From the NCBI GenBank assembly GCA_016285085.1, contig JAEEQA010000005.1, forward strand, positions 3,574 to 67,573: 64,000 nucleotides of DNA, in the 5' to 3' direction. The notes beneath the pieces are model-generated. The model worked only from the letters and a program-made list of their open reading frames with translations. It was not told the origin of the DNA and did not search any database. The position numbers and the translations under genes were made by a program. Position 1 is the stretch's first letter, and each line of letters opens with the position of its first letter. This document shows positions 13,659 through 24,200 of the stretch, one piece after another. This DNA is from Bacteroidales bacterium (GTDB taxonomy: Bacteria; Bacteroidota; Bacteroidia; Bacteroidales; WCHB1-69).

Positions 13659-13692
13659 AAAAATCCGCCAGCTGGAAAGTTGGCGGATTTTT
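13659..13692. terminator. Bidirectional intrinsic terminator
   Basis: aaaaatccgccagct-ggaa-agttggcggattttt between convergent genes. Confidence 0.88.
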
Positions 13693-13696
13693 GTTG

Positions 13697-15130
13697 TTAC
13701 GATTTGGAGGGAGCAAACAAGTCCGCCAGTGTAATCTGTTTCTGAACTTGTCCGCTATATTTGTTCTTTTTGACTCCAAAGGAGGTTATCAATGTCAGCA
13801 TCAGGGATTTTCTGGTATTGGTCTGCCGAATGAAAGTCTCCAACTTATTGTCGAAATCATCCGCATCTGTTCGGGTGATTTCATATTCGGCGCGTGAGAA
13901 TTTCATTTCGCACACATTGATGGTCTGGTCGGCGCGATCAATGAGGAGGTCTATTTGTGCACCATTGCCACCGTCGTCTGCTTTGGCGAGCCAACTGCAC
14001 ACACGGCTCTGTACGCCGGCAATACCCAATGCCTGTTTGATTTGGGCGATATGATTCAGACAGAGCATCTCAAACGCATAACCGCTCCACGCCCGATATC
14101 GTGGACTGTTGAGCGAATTAGTCCAAAAAGTCTCGTCTTGATAGGCGTTTTCGTTGGCAAAATGAAAATGGAAAAGTGTGAATGCGTCCATCAGCTGGTA
14201 GAGCACATCGCGTTTGGTCTTTCCAAAGGGAACATACTGACGGATAAAGCCGCATTTTTCCAATTCATCCAATGTCTTTGTGAATTTTTGGTTGTTGTTC
14301 AAGTCTGTTTGTTGCAGTATTTCTTTCCTTGTCAGCCCTTTCGTCTTGGTTGCCAGTGCCGTCACAATTGCGATATGGTCTCCCGCCTGTTTGTAGAGTG
14401 AACGATACAAGTTTTCAAACTCCCCTTTCAGTTCACCGTTACTTGCAAAAAATAGCCGGTCGATATTTTGGGCCACACTCTCGTCAGGTCTCATCAATGA
14501 ATAGTAGTAGGCCACTCCCCCCATTGTCATATAACATTCTGCAATCTCCTCTTGGCGGAAAGAAAATCCGAAGGCTTTAAAATACTGTTCACTTTCGTGA
14601 AGAGTGAAGGGAGCAACATATATCTGATGTGTTTTGCGGTTATGCAATCCTCCTCTATTGTTGATGATATTGTCAATCATCCAAGAAGTTGCAGAACCAC
14701 AAACAATGAGCTTGATGTCATTGCGGGAGGATGCCCAAGCATTCCAAAAATGCTCCAAAGCCCCAATAAAATTGGAACGTACTGTGTCCAACCACGGAAG
14801 TTCATCAATAAAAATGATTTTTTTTGTTTTAGAACAAGTTTCCAAATAATTTTCCAGCTCGTCAAAAGCTTCCAGCCAAGATTTGGGATGGGTAGCCTTT
14901 GTATAGACTTTTCGCAAAGCGAAGTAAAAATTAGCCAGCTGCTCTTGCAGTCCGGAATTCTCCATTCCCGTCAGTGTGAAACAAGCACTCTCTCCTATTG
15001 TTTGCCGTACAAGAAATGTTTTGCCGACACGTCTTCGGCCATAGATTGCAATAAATTCCGACTTGTCATTGTGGAGGTATTCTTGTAATAATTTGATTTC
15101 CAAGTATCTGCCAATTATTTTGTCTTTCAT
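13697..15130 (-). CDS. AAA-type ATPase (archaeal-ATPase-like) with probable wHTH and C-terminal PD-(D/E)xK-like domain
   Basis: Walker A YGRRRVGKT, Walker B IFIDELPW, CGSATSW, C-terminal QIDLLIDR...CEMK. Confidence 0.85.
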   Translation of the reverse strand: MKDKIIGRYLEIKLLQEYLHNDKSEFIAIYGRRRVGKTFLVRQTIGESACFTLTGMENSGLQEQLANFYFALRKVYTKATHPKSWLEAFDELENYLETCSKTKKIIFIDELPWLDTVRSNFIGALEHFWNAWASSRNDIKLIVCGSATSWMIDNIINNRGGLHNRKTHQIYVAPFTLHESEQYFKAFGFSFRQEEIAECYMTMGGVAYYYSLMRPDESVAQNIDRLFFASNGELKGEFENLYRSLYKQAGDHIAIVTALATKTKGLTRKEILQQTDLNNNQKFTKTLDELEKCGFIRQYVPFGKTKRDVLYQLMDAFTLFHFHFANENAYQDETFWTNSLNSPRYRAWSGYAFEMLCLNHIAQIKQALGIAGVQSRVCSWLAKADDGGNGAQIDLLIDRADQTINVCEMKFSRAEYEITRTDADDFDNKLETFIRQTNTRKSLMLTLITSFGVKKNKYSGQVQKQITLADLFAPSKS

Positions 15131-15398
15131 ATTTACTTAATTATCATTAATGAAATCTGCTGCAAAGATATATAAATATTTCATTTCAGCAACTTTCAGT
15201 GTTGAAATCTGCTGAAATAACATTATTGACATCTCATTTGAGCAGATTCTAAATTGCAATGATCATTATCCCTTTGCGAGATGAAACAATAAAAATCCTT
15301 AAAACATTACTTTTTGTAATTTATACTTGCTTTTTGTAAAGTTTTGTGTATTTTTGCAGCGTCAAAAACAAAATGTCCAACCCTTAAATTTTTTAACT

Positions 15399-15878
15399 AT
15401 GAAAAACACGAAATTCTTATTGCCAAGCAATTACAAAAAAGCAGGATGGTGGATACTGGGAATCACCCTCGCATTGATTGTTGTTTATTTTTCTATGGAT
15501 GGCGACTTGAGTATCAATTATCTTCGGGAGCTGTTCGGAATGGAGCCTTTGGAGAGCAAGGCGTACTTCTCCTTATTCGGGCCGAACGCCGACCTGCTGC
15601 TGACACTGATAGGCATTCTACTCATCGTGGGCGGCATTTTCATCGGCTTTTCCCGCAATAGGGAAGATGACGAATTTATTGAGCAGCTCCGGTACGAGTC
15701 TCTGATCTTGTCGCTGTACATCAACAGCGGGCTTATGCTGCTCTGTTTGATTTTTGTGTGGGGCTTTGATTTTCTGACGGTAATGCAGTTCAATGTCTTC
15801 TCCACCCTATACGTCTTCATTATATGTTTTTACCTTCGTTTGTATTTTAATAAACGTTCTTTGCGTCATGAAAAATAG
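15399..15878 (+). CDS. Hypothetical membrane protein
   Basis: Four hydrophobic segments and EDDEFIEQLRYES motif; overlaps the start of the HTH gene. Confidence 0.75.
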   Translation: MKNTKFLLPSNYKKAGWWILGITLALIVVYFSMDGDLSINYLRELFGMEPLESKAYFSLFGPNADLLLTLIGILLIVGGIFIGFSRNREDDEFIEQLRYESLILSLYINSGLMLLCLIFVWGFDFLTVMQFNVFSTLYVFIICFYLRLYFNKRSLRHEK

Positions 15879-16068
15879 ACTAAAAGTGGCTCGTGCCGAG
15901 ATGAATATCACGCAGGGCGAATTGGCAGAAAAAATCGGTGTGACCCGTCAGGCGGTAAACTCCATTGAATTAGGAAAATACGTTCCCAGCACCTTGCTGG
16001 CGCTGAAGATGGCGCACTACTTCGGCAAGACGGTGGAGGAACTTTTCATGCTGGAAGAGGGAGATTGA
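15868..16068 (+). CDS. XRE-family HTH transcriptional regulator
   Basis: MKNRLKVAR...TQGELAEKIGVTRQAVNSIELGKYVPS. Confidence 0.93.
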   Translation: MKNRLKVARAEMNITQGELAEKIGVTRQAVNSIELGKYVPSTLLALKMAHYFGKTVEELFMLEEGD

Positions 16069-16087
16069 TGGATTCTTTGGAATAATT

Positions 16088-18373
16088 CTACTTTACAATC
16101 ACCTCGTCGCAGAAGATCCAGCAGGGCTGGCCTACGCCGCGGTGCCATTCCGGATTGGTGCGCAGCGACTCCGCCACCACCCGCACATAACGGCCTTTCT
16201 GTTTCAGATTGGAAAATTGGAAACCGACAATTTTGCACTCAATCAAATCCTGTCCGTTTTGGTACGTTTTGCTGGCGACTTCTTTCCAATCTTTTTGATT
16301 GTCAGAAATATAACAAGTCACTTTCTTCGGGGCAAAAATCCACGACAGAGGATAGTACAGGAAATCGGCGCTGATTTCGCTGACCTCCTGATCGCTTTCG
16401 AGGTCGATGGTGACGTCCATGTCGTGACCCCAAAAGCCGAGCCAGTTGTAGTGGAAGTCCATCAGGCCAAAGTTGCCGTCGGTGAGGGCTTTGGGAACGC
16501 CCACGTCGTACTGGATGCTCCACTCGGTGGCGCAGGTGACTTTATGTCCCTTCGAGAGGTTCTTCTCCGTCCCCTTGCGCACATGGTTCTCGATGTTCTC
16601 CCACAGCTGTGCCGGGGTGTAGCGGGCTTCGTCCAGCTGTTTGACACCCAGCCGGTCACAGTCTTTGATGAACCGCTTGGCCATCTCCATCATCTCCGGC
16701 CGTGCCTCCCGTTCCCCCTTTCCGTTGGTGCGGAAGAAGGAGAGCTCCGGCGACAGTTCGTTGAGGGAGAGGTCGAGGATGGCGAAATCGAGCGACAGTT
16801 CCAGGAGCCGGAGGCGGTCGTCGTAAAAACGGCGCTCCCCGGGGGTGCAATCCTCTTCCGGTTCCTCCTTGTAGGCCGCCGCGAACATCGACTGGTAGTA
16901 CTTGATCTTGTCGGTCGCGAGGTAGCCGTTGCGTGCGTCCATCGGGTAACCGTAGATGTTGAGCACCTGCTTCGAGTCGAGCAGCGCCTGCCGCATCACG
17001 TCGAAGTACTGCTTGATGAAGTCGGAGCGGTTTTCGCCGTAGTGCGCGTCGAGGAAGCGGTCGCGGAGTTCCTCCACGTTGGCGTTCACGTCCCACAGCA
17101 GGTGGGCGAGGAGGAAGGTGCGCCACTCGCAGTTCTCGGTGATGTTCTGGTTGGAACCCTGCTCAAACACCATCGGGATGCCGTGCTTGTGGAAGTTCTG
17201 GAGGTTGGGCTGGAGCACGTGCAGGTTCGGGAACGGATCCATAAAGTTGCGGAACTGCACCACATAATCCCACAGGAAGATGTTGTGGGTCAGCGCCGTC
17301 CAGCCTTCCATATCGTGCTGGAATCCCTTATCCACCTCGGCGATGGGCCGCTGCCGCGGACATTCGATGGAGCAGAACATGATGTTGACGTTGTCGGCGG
17401 GCTTGATGTTTTGGGGTGGACGGCGCGTTTGCTGGTAGGCCAGCGTCGAAATCACCTTGTCGGGGAAGCGGGCCGCCACTTGGTTGACGAAGTATAGCAT
17501 GGTGCCGGAAGGGCCGCCGTATAGCGAGTCGAGGTGGCGGCAGCGGGCGCAGGTGCATGACGATTCGTTGTCATTCTGCGACACCGACCACACCTTTTTG
17601 TCGGGTTCGGCTTTCATCCTCTTTTCCAGATTCTTGCAAAGCTCCTCCAACACGGCGGGGTTGCTGAGACACAGCTGTCCGTCGCGCACCCGCTGCCCGT
17701 GGATTTCGGAGAACCATTCGGGGTGTTTGTCGAAGTAGGTCTCCACGGGAATCAGGTCGCGGAAGGTGTGGACGAACATTCCCCACTCGCGGTTGAAGTC
17801 GCTGCGGTTGTGGAGTTTGTGCCAGTCGGCGTACAGCTGGTCCTGGTTCGGGATGAGGTGCAGCGTTTCGCGGTACTGGAACGAGGGGTTCTGAAGCTCG
17901 TGGATGCTGAGCACCACCTCATCGGGAAGTTTCTCATAATGAATGTGGTTCTGGCAGGTGTAGGTGCAGCCGAGGTGGTTTTCCAGCAGGTGATAAACGC
18001 CGTACAGGTTCGACTTGGCGGAGTCGTTGCCGATGATGTAGAGGTGACTGCCGTCGGTGTGGAGGAGGAAGCCGTCGTCATGTAGCTGTGGTGCGTACTT
18101 GCGGTACAGCTTCTCCGACAGTTTGTTGCGGCCGACGGAGATGGCATGCGGTCCTTTGAAGGTGGCATCGGTGACGATCTCGTACTCCCGCTCGAACAGT
18201 TTTTCCATAAAGGATTTCAGTTCGGCGGCGGCGGCGGCCTCGGCGGGGGTGCGGTTTTCCGCCACCAGAATCACGTAGTCGTCTTTCTCTTTGGAGAAAG
18301 CTATCGGTTTCTGTGCCAAAGCATTAAGAATGAAGCACAGGATAAGGGCAAGGGTAATGGTTAGGTTTTTCAT
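16088..18373 (-). CDS. Secreted DUF4838-domain protein (glycoside-hydrolase-like) with C-terminal discoidin-like domain
   Basis: Signal peptide; NLYGVYHLLE, PSFQYR, QLCLSNP, SVSQND, STLAYQ and LWDY motifs; LTDG...GRYVRV tail. Confidence 0.78.
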   Translation of the reverse strand: MKNLTITLALILCFILNALAQKPIAFSKEKDDYVILVAENRTPAEAAAAAELKSFMEKLFEREYEIVTDATFKGPHAISVGRNKLSEKLYRKYAPQLHDDGFLLHTDGSHLYIIGNDSAKSNLYGVYHLLENHLGCTYTCQNHIHYEKLPDEVVLSIHELQNPSFQYRETLHLIPNQDQLYADWHKLHNRSDFNREWGMFVHTFRDLIPVETYFDKHPEWFSEIHGQRVRDGQLCLSNPAVLEELCKNLEKRMKAEPDKKVWSVSQNDNESSCTCARCRHLDSLYGGPSGTMLYFVNQVAARFPDKVISTLAYQQTRRPPQNIKPADNVNIMFCSIECPRQRPIAEVDKGFQHDMEGWTALTHNIFLWDYVVQFRNFMDPFPNLHVLQPNLQNFHKHGIPMVFEQGSNQNITENCEWRTFLLAHLLWDVNANVEELRDRFLDAHYGENRSDFIKQYFDVMRQALLDSKQVLNIYGYPMDARNGYLATDKIKYYQSMFAAAYKEEPEEDCTPGERRFYDDRLRLLELSLDFAILDLSLNELSPELSFFRTNGKGEREARPEMMEMAKRFIKDCDRLGVKQLDEARYTPAQLWENIENHVRKGTEKNLSKGHKVTCATEWSIQYDVGVPKALTDGNFGLMDFHYNWLGFWGHDMDVTIDLESDQEVSEISADFLYYPLSWIFAPKKVTCYISDNQKDWKEVASKTYQNGQDLIECKIVGFQFSNLKQKGRYVRVVAESLRTNPEWHRGVGQPCWIFCDEVIVK

Positions 18374-18571
18374 ACGGGGGCAAAGGTACAATAATTTCGT
18401 AATGCTTGTGCCAAACTCTTCCGATTCAGTTATAAAAATCCCGTGTGATGGGACTTCTCAGAAGGCTGCCCGTAAAAAAGCACGTTTTTGAATTCTATAC
18501 AGTAGCCGTACTCCCCAAAAAGTAGTATCTTTGCCGCCCGTTTGAAACAAAACCAAAACAGTATAAAAAGT

Positions 18572-19261
18572 ATGAAAAAGTTATTATTAATCCTCGTGTG
18601 CGCCACTCTTGCAAGCTGCGGCCACACCTCAAAAGCACAAAACGAAATGAAAGAGATGACCGACGACCAGAAAATGAGCTACGCCCTCGGCGTGAACAGC
18701 GGCGACCAGTTCCGTAACCTTGGCCTGAACATTGACGTTGACATGTTCCTCAAGGGTATCAAAGACGGCATTGCCAACAGCAACCAATTCTCCCAGGAAG
18801 AGATGCAGGCTGCTTTCGAATACCTCGAAAAACAGGCCCGCGCCAACCAGAACAAGGCCATGAACGATGAAAAAGCCGCCGGTGCCGCCTTCCTCGCCAA
18901 GAACAAAAACGAAGCTGGCGTGAAGGAAACCGAATCCGGCCTCCAGTACAAAGTGATTACGGAAGGCAAGGGCAAGAAACCCCTCGCCACCGACAAGGTG
19001 AAAGTCCACTACAAAGGCACCCTCCTCGACGGCACCGTCTTCGACTCCTCCTACGACCGCGGCGAACCCATCACCTTCCCGCTCAACGGCGTGATCAAGG
19101 GCTGGACCGAAGGCCTCCAGCTGATGAGCGAAGGCTCCAAGTACATCCTTTACATCCCCTCCGACCTCGCTTACGGCGACAGAGGTGCCGGCGCCCAGAT
19201 CAAACCCGGTGCTACCCTCATTTTTGAAGTTGAATTATTAGAAGTCAATCCTGCCAACTAA
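18572..19261 (+). CDS. FKBP-type peptidyl-prolyl isomerase, lipoprotein
   Basis: LASC lipobox; [30 protein letters not shown] and LIFEVEL motifs. Confidence 0.96.
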   Translation: MKKLLLILVCATLASCGHTSKAQNEMKEMTDDQKMSYALGVNSGDQFRNLGLNIDVDMFLKGIKDGIANSNQFSQEEMQAAFEYLEKQARANQNKAMNDEKAAGAAFLAKNKNEAGVKETESGLQYKVITEGKGKKPLATDKVKVHYKGTLLDGTVFDSSYDRGEPITFPLNGVIKGWTEGLQLMSEGSKYILYIPSDLAYGDRGAGAQIKPGATLIFEVELLEVNPAN

Positions 19262-19263
19262 CT

Positions 19264-20145
19264 GTGAAAAAACTACTTATTACCCTTATATCCATTCTGC
19301 TGCTGGTGTCGTGCCAGCAGCAGAATTCGTCTGTGGCCGACCACAACTTCTACACCGGCACGGACGCCTACGACCGCACCGTCGTCCTGAAGGAGGAGCC
19401 ACAGCGCATCATCTCCCTCTCGTCATCCATCACCGAAATCACCTTCCTGCTCAATGCGGGCGACAAGCTGGTCGGCGTGTCCGACTTCTGCGAATACCCG
19501 CCGGAAGTGGAAAAAATTCCAAAGGTCGGCAAGTTGCTGAACATCAATGTGGAGACCCTGCTGGCACTGAATCCCGACCTTGTCCTCATCACCTCGCATG
19601 TCACCAAGGAGGATGTGGCCAAAATCGAAAATGCCGGCATCCCCGTCTTCTCTGTGAAAGCGGAAGACAACATTGAGGGCCTTTTCTACACCATCGACAA
19701 GATGGGTGAGATTCTGAACCGGCAAAAGGAGGCAACCGCACTCGCCACCGACTACCGGCACAAGATTGACTCGCTGCAGCAGCACAGGCCGGAAGCCACC
19801 AAAAGCGTCTATTACGTCGTCGGCTTCGGCAAAACCGGCGACTTCACCGCGCCGGGCAACAGCTACATCCACGACATCATCACGCTGGCGGGCGGCCGCA
19901 ACATCGGCGAAGACCTCACCACGTGGAGCGTCAACCGCGAACACCTCTTCGAGCAGGATCCCGACCTCATCTTCATCCGCGAAGAGGATCTGGAAACCTT
20001 CTGCCAGACCTATCCCTACACCCTCCTCACCGCCGTGAAGGAGCACCGCGTCTATCCCATCAATTCCGGCTGGATCGACACACCCTCGCCGCGCAACATG
20101 TTGGCAATCGATTATATCAATCAGGTCATAGGGGATAGGGAATAG
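19264..20145 (+). CDS. Helical-backbone metal/cobalamin ABC substrate-binding lipoprotein (BtuF-like)
   Basis: LVSC lipobox; PQRIISLSSSITE, LVGVSDFCEYP, LAGGRN and PSPR motifs. Confidence 0.85.
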   Translation: MKKLLITLISILLLVSCQQQNSSVADHNFYTGTDAYDRTVVLKEEPQRIISLSSSITEITFLLNAGDKLVGVSDFCEYPPEVEKIPKVGKLLNINVETLLALNPDLVLITSHVTKEDVAKIENAGIPVFSVKAEDNIEGLFYTIDKMGEILNRQKEATALATDYRHKIDSLQQHRPEATKSVYYVVGFGKTGDFTAPGNSYIHDIITLAGGRNIGEDLTTWSVNREHLFEQDPDLIFIREEDLETFCQTYPYTLLTAVKEHRVYPINSGWIDTPSPRNMLAIDYINQVIGDRE

Positions 20146-20195
20146 GGTATAGTAGAGACGTGGTGTACCGCGTCTCTATTGGTGTACCGCGTCTC
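20129..20195 (+). repeat. TAGGG heptamers followed by a GTAG-type REP-like palindrome with an internal duplication
   Basis: tagggga tagggaa tagggta, then gtagagacg-tggtgtaccg-cgtctcta; tggtgtaccgcgtctc occurs at 20161 and 20180. Confidence 0.85.
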
Positions 20196-20271
20196 CATCA
20201 ATATATCGTGTCCCCATGTTCGGTTGTTTTTTGTAAAAGGTATGAGGTAGAATGTATGAAGGGTGAACGTA

Positions 20272-20320
20272 AATTCCCCTTCTATGTAGAAGGGGTGGCC
20301 GCAGGCCGGGGTAGTAGAAA
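20272..20320 (+). repeat. CCCCTTCT/AGAAGGGG double-hairpin repeat, copy 2
   Basis: aattccccttctatgtagaaggggtggccgcaggccggggtagtagaaa. Confidence 0.9.
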
Positions 20321-20336
20321 TTGTAAATCGACAACA

Positions 20337-21467
20337 ATGAAATTCCGATGGTTTTTATGGTTGATATTGTTTCCCGTGGCGTTATGTCACGGGCAGGCGA
20401 ACCTGTACCTGGAGCCGGCGTACCGCATGGGGCGGGTGATTCCCAACGCCTCCAACACCAGCTTCCTGTCGCATGTCTCCACCTACGGGGCGGAGCTTCG
20501 GCTGGGGCATCAGACCACCGGAAAGCATGACTGGGAACGGCTTTTCAACTATCCTGAGTACGGATTGTGTCTCCGCTACGCCCACTTCGACACGATGATG
20601 TTTTCGGAAACCGCCGCCCTGTTCGCCTACTACAACGGCACCATTTGGCGCAACCACCGCTGGACGTTCCACTACCAGTTCGGGGTCGGCGTCTCCTATT
20701 GGTCGAACCCGTACAACGAGGTGACGAATCCGGGGAACCGCTTCATCGGCTCGCACCTCAACGCCCACATCGACCTGGCCGTCGGCATCGACTGCCGCAT
20801 CGCGCCGCAGGTGGACCTCACCCTCCGCGCCAATTTCTCCCATTCGTCGAACGCGGCGATAAAACTTCCCAACATGGGCATCAACCCGCTGTCGGGTGCG
20901 GTGGGGGTGAAGTGCTACCTCCACAAGCAGGACACCCTGGGCTTTTCGTGGCGGCACCGCGATACCAGCTTTGTGAAAAAGAACAGTTTTTACGTGATGG
21001 TGAGTGCCGGCACGCGGCAGTCGAAGAAGGACGCGGCGGTGAAAAACGGTGCGGCGGGCCCCTACTACCTTGGCACATCGCTGCAGATCGGCTACATGCG
21101 GCAGCCGCACCCGAAGTTCCGGTATGGCGGCGGCCTCGACATCAACTACAGCGGTGAACTGGCACGTCACCTGCCGGAGGAGCAGCGGCGCACGGGCAAG
21201 TACTTCAACGAGGCCGCCTTCGTCGCCTTCGAGGTGCTGTACGGGCGGGTGGCGCTGCACCTGAGCGGAGCGGTCTATCTCCACCGCGCCTTCGATTACT
21301 ACACCCCGTTTTACGAGCGGGCGGGACTGCGTGTCCTGTTGGGTAAGAACCGCAACCATTTCGTGGGGGCATCCGTCAAGGCGCACGCCGGCTCCGTCGA
21401 CTACCTCGAATGGAGCTACGGCTGCCACTTCGTCACCTTCGGCGACAAATCCGCACGCAAACGGTGA
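20337..21467 (+). CDS. Outer-membrane acyloxyacyl hydrolase / PagL-like beta-barrel
   Basis: Signal peptide; YPEYG, NRFIGSHLN, catalytic-like FSHSSNAAIKLPNMGIN, KAH...DYLEW. Confidence 0.72.
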   Translation: MKFRWFLWLILFPVALCHGQANLYLEPAYRMGRVIPNASNTSFLSHVSTYGAELRLGHQTTGKHDWERLFNYPEYGLCLRYAHFDTMMFSETAALFAYYNGTIWRNHRWTFHYQFGVGVSYWSNPYNEVTNPGNRFIGSHLNAHIDLAVGIDCRIAPQVDLTLRANFSHSSNAAIKLPNMGINPLSGAVGVKCYLHKQDTLGFSWRHRDTSFVKKNSFYVMVSAGTRQSKKDAAVKNGAAGPYYLGTSLQIGYMRQPHPKFRYGGGLDINYSGELARHLPEEQRRTGKYFNEAAFVAFEVLYGRVALHLSGAVYLHRAFDYYTPFYERAGLRVLLGKNRNHFVGASVKAHAGSVDYLEWSYGCHFVTFGDKSARKR

Positions 21468-21572
21468 CACAAGTTTCCATAATTTTCTGTTTGTAAAATT
21501 TGTTTCTTCCATTGTCGGAAAAGAAATAATTGCCGTACCTTTGCGACCTTGAATTTCTAAATATAATATTGT

Positions 21573-22118
21573 ATGGAAGAAAGAGATTTTCGCATCGGCA
21601 CCCGCATCGACCACGAGAAATATGGGGAAGGCATCATCAGTGAGAATGGCAATTTGACGTACAAGGCCGTTTTCGTGCGCGGCGGCGAGATGGAATTTTC
21701 CAAGATGAACGCCGCCTTCACCGTCGTAACACCCAATGAGGACGGGGATGACGACCAACGACCGAAGCTGGACGTGAAGGAGTTCGAACGCACCCTCACC
21801 TTCATCCTCGGCAAGTACAACGCCATCGAAAACCGCGTGGCACTCGGCAAGAAATGGGAGGGCGGCACCATGGTGCTGCAGCCTGCAAACCCCGAACTCA
21901 AACCCAAGGAGATTCCTATCGAGACCTTTTTCCACAAGATCGTGATGATGCGCGACCGGCTCCGCGTCCTCGAGCAGAACATCAACAGCAGCGACTCGCT
22001 CACCGACGAGGAGAAAGTGAACCTTCAGCAGTACATCACCCGCATCTACGGCTCCATGACCTCCTTCAACATCCTCTTCGACGACAAAAACGACTATTTC
22101 GTGGGGAGCAAGATGTAA
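21573..22118 (+). CDS. Conserved hypothetical protein
   Basis: Host-like codon use; own TACCTTTG box; KEIPIETFFHKIVMMRDRLRVLEQ...LQQYITRIYGS block. Confidence 0.8.
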   Translation: MEERDFRIGTRIDHEKYGEGIISENGNLTYKAVFVRGGEMEFSKMNAAFTVVTPNEDGDDDQRPKLDVKEFERTLTFILGKYNAIENRVALGKKWEGGTMVLQPANPELKPKEIPIETFFHKIVMMRDRLRVLEQNINSSDSLTDEEKVNLQQYITRIYGSMTSFNILFDDKNDYFVGSKM

Positions 22119-22164
22119 GCCCCGAAAAATAAAAAAGTGGTACCTTTGCAGCCCATTTTTTAAG

Positions 22165-24180
22165 ATGAGTTTTCTGAAAAAAACATTCCTGTTTATGACT
22201 GCCCTTCTGCTTTTCGCCGCCTGTTCACAGAAGCGCGGCGAACGTCCCGAGGATTTTGCCAACGACACCTTCGAGTTCGTGGTGGACCGCTTTGCCGACA
22301 TCGAAATCATGCGCTACCGCGTGGACGGCTGGGAAGACCTCTCCCTTCAGCAGAAAGAGCTGATCTACTATCTTTCCGAAGCCGCGCGCGCCGGACGGGA
22401 CATCATCTTTGACCAGAATTGCAAATACAACTTGCAGATTCGCAGTGCTTTGGATACCATTGTGGCACAATACGACGGGGACAAAAACTGCGACAACTGG
22501 CAGAAATTCATCGTGTATGCCAAACGTTTCTGGTTCTCCAACGGAATGCACCACCACTACTCCAACGAGAAGTTTTTCCCGAAGTGCCCGAAAGAGTATT
22601 TCGGCAAGCTGATGGACAGCACGATGCACCTTGACAAAGCCGCCCGCACCCAACTTCTGGACATCATCTACAATCCGAAGGTCGCGCCCACCCGCCTCTC
22701 GCAGGACACCCGGAAGGACCTCGTCACCGCCTCCGCCGTCAACTTCTACGACGGCGTCACCCAGAAGGAGGTCGAAAGGTACTATGCCGACCTGAAAGCC
22801 GCCGACACCGGCGCGGATCCGGAACGCCCCGTCGCCTACGGCCTCAACACCAAGGTGGTGAAACAGGACGGAAAAGTGACGGAAGTGCCCGTTAACGTAC
22901 TTTACGAAAAGCAGATACAACGCATCATCCACTGGCTGAAAAAAGCCGCGGAGGTGGCTGAAAACGACAAGCAGAAAGCCCACATCCTGAAACTGGTCGA
23001 GTTCTACCAAACCGGCAGTTTGAAAACGTGGGACGACTACAACATCCTATGGGCGGAAGACACGCAGTCGGAGGTGGACTATGTGAACGGCTTCATCGAA
23101 GTCTATACCGACCCCCTCGGACAGAAGGCGACGTGGGAGGGACTGGCCAACTTCAAGGACCAGGTCAGCTCCGAAAGGTCCGCCATCATCAGCCAGAACG
23201 CCCAGTGGTTTGAGGATAATTCCCCCATTGACGATATGTTCAAGAAGAAATCGGTGAAGGGTGTGGAGGCGAAGGCCATCGTGGTGGCGCAGCTCGGCGG
23301 CGACTGCTACCCCGCCACCCCCATCGGCATCAACCTGCCCAATTCCAACTGGATTCGGAAAGAACACGGCTCCAAGTCGGTGACAATCGAGAACCTGATG
23401 TACGCCTACCACAAGGCGGGCATGAAGAACGGCGTGATGCAGGAGTTCTACTACTCGGAAGAGGAGATCAAGCGGGCCGAAAAGTACGGCTACCAGACTG
23501 ATAAGCTGCAAGTCGATCTCCACGAGTGCCTTGGACACGGCTCCGGCCAGATGCTGTACGGCATCGACGAGGGCGAGCTGAAAAACTACCACTCCGTCAT
23601 CGAGGAGGCCAGAGCCGACCTCTTCTCACTCTACTATATCGGCGACCCGAAGATGGTGGAACTGGGACTGCTGCCCGACACGGCCGCGTACAAAGCCTGC
23701 TACTACAAGTACATCCTCAACGGCCGGATGCTGCAAACCAACCGCATAGAGCTGGGCGGCAGCTTCACGGAGGCGCACATGCAGAACCGCGCCCTCATCA
23801 CCAACTGGTGCCTCGACAACGACTACGACGGTGAAATCTTTGAGGTGGAGACGCGGGACGGCAAGACCTTTATCCGCATCAAGGACTATGAGAAACTGCG
23901 CAAATTGTTCGGCAAACTGCTGGCAGAAGTGCAGAAAATCAAGTCCACCGGCAACTACGAGGAGGCGAAGGTACTGGTGGAACAGTACGGCGTGAAAATC
24001 GACAAGAAACTCCACAAGGAGGTCAAAAGCCGTTACGAGAAACTTGACGTGGCACCCTATGGCGGCTTCCTCAACCCCGAGTTCATCATTGAAAAAGACG
24101 GAGAAAACATTAAAGACATAAAACTTTCGTACCCAACGGATTATATCAAACAAATGTTACAATACGACCAAATGAATTAA
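22165..24180 (+). CDS. Dipeptidyl-peptidase III (M49), lipoprotein
   Basis: FAAC lipobox; GFIEVY and IGINLPN motifs; zinc motifs HECLGH and EEARAD. Confidence 0.93.
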   Translation: MSFLKKTFLFMTALLLFAACSQKRGERPEDFANDTFEFVVDRFADIEIMRYRVDGWEDLSLQQKELIYYLSEAARAGRDIIFDQNCKYNLQIRSALDTIVAQYDGDKNCDNWQKFIVYAKRFWFSNGMHHHYSNEKFFPKCPKEYFGKLMDSTMHLDKAARTQLLDIIYNPKVAPTRLSQDTRKDLVTASAVNFYDGVTQKEVERYYADLKAADTGADPERPVAYGLNTKVVKQDGKVTEVPVNVLYEKQIQRIIHWLKKAAEVAENDKQKAHILKLVEFYQTGSLKTWDDYNILWAEDTQSEVDYVNGFIEVYTDPLGQKATWEGLANFKDQVSSERSAIISQNAQWFEDNSPIDDMFKKKSVKGVEAKAIVVAQLGGDCYPATPIGINLPNSNWIRKEHGSKSVTIENLMYAYHKAGMKNGVMQEFYYSEEEIKRAEKYGYQTDKLQVDLHECLGHGSGQMLYGIDEGELKNYHSVIEEARADLFSLYYIGDPKMVELGLLPDTAAYKACYYKYILNGRMLQTNRIELGGSFTEAHMQNRALITNWCLDNDYDGEIFEVETRDGKTFIRIKDYEKLRKLFGKLLAEVQKIKSTGNYEEAKVLVEQYGVKIDKKLHKEVKSRYEKLDVAPYGGFLNPEFIIEKDGENIKDIKLSYPTDYIKQMLQYDQMN

Positions 24181-24200
24181 AAATTAAAAGCTAAAAGTTA

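Noticed and set aside
18399-18413. Sigma-54-like TGGCAC-N5-TTAC on the minus strand (also TGGCAC near 56089)
   Set aside because: The -12 element does not match TTGC, and for the 18399 site a standard TAnnTTTG box already explains the promoter.
19200-19264. Cobalamin riboswitch before the BtuF-like gene
   Set aside because: Only 2 nt separate it from the FKBP gene; there is no room and no B12-box.
20160-20336. N-terminal extensions in the ORF track (also rpoB to 52775, ketosynthase to 38230, cvpA from 28776)
   Set aside because: They run through repeats, a terminator or the upstream gene; downstream ATGs give proper signal peptides or family-typical starts.
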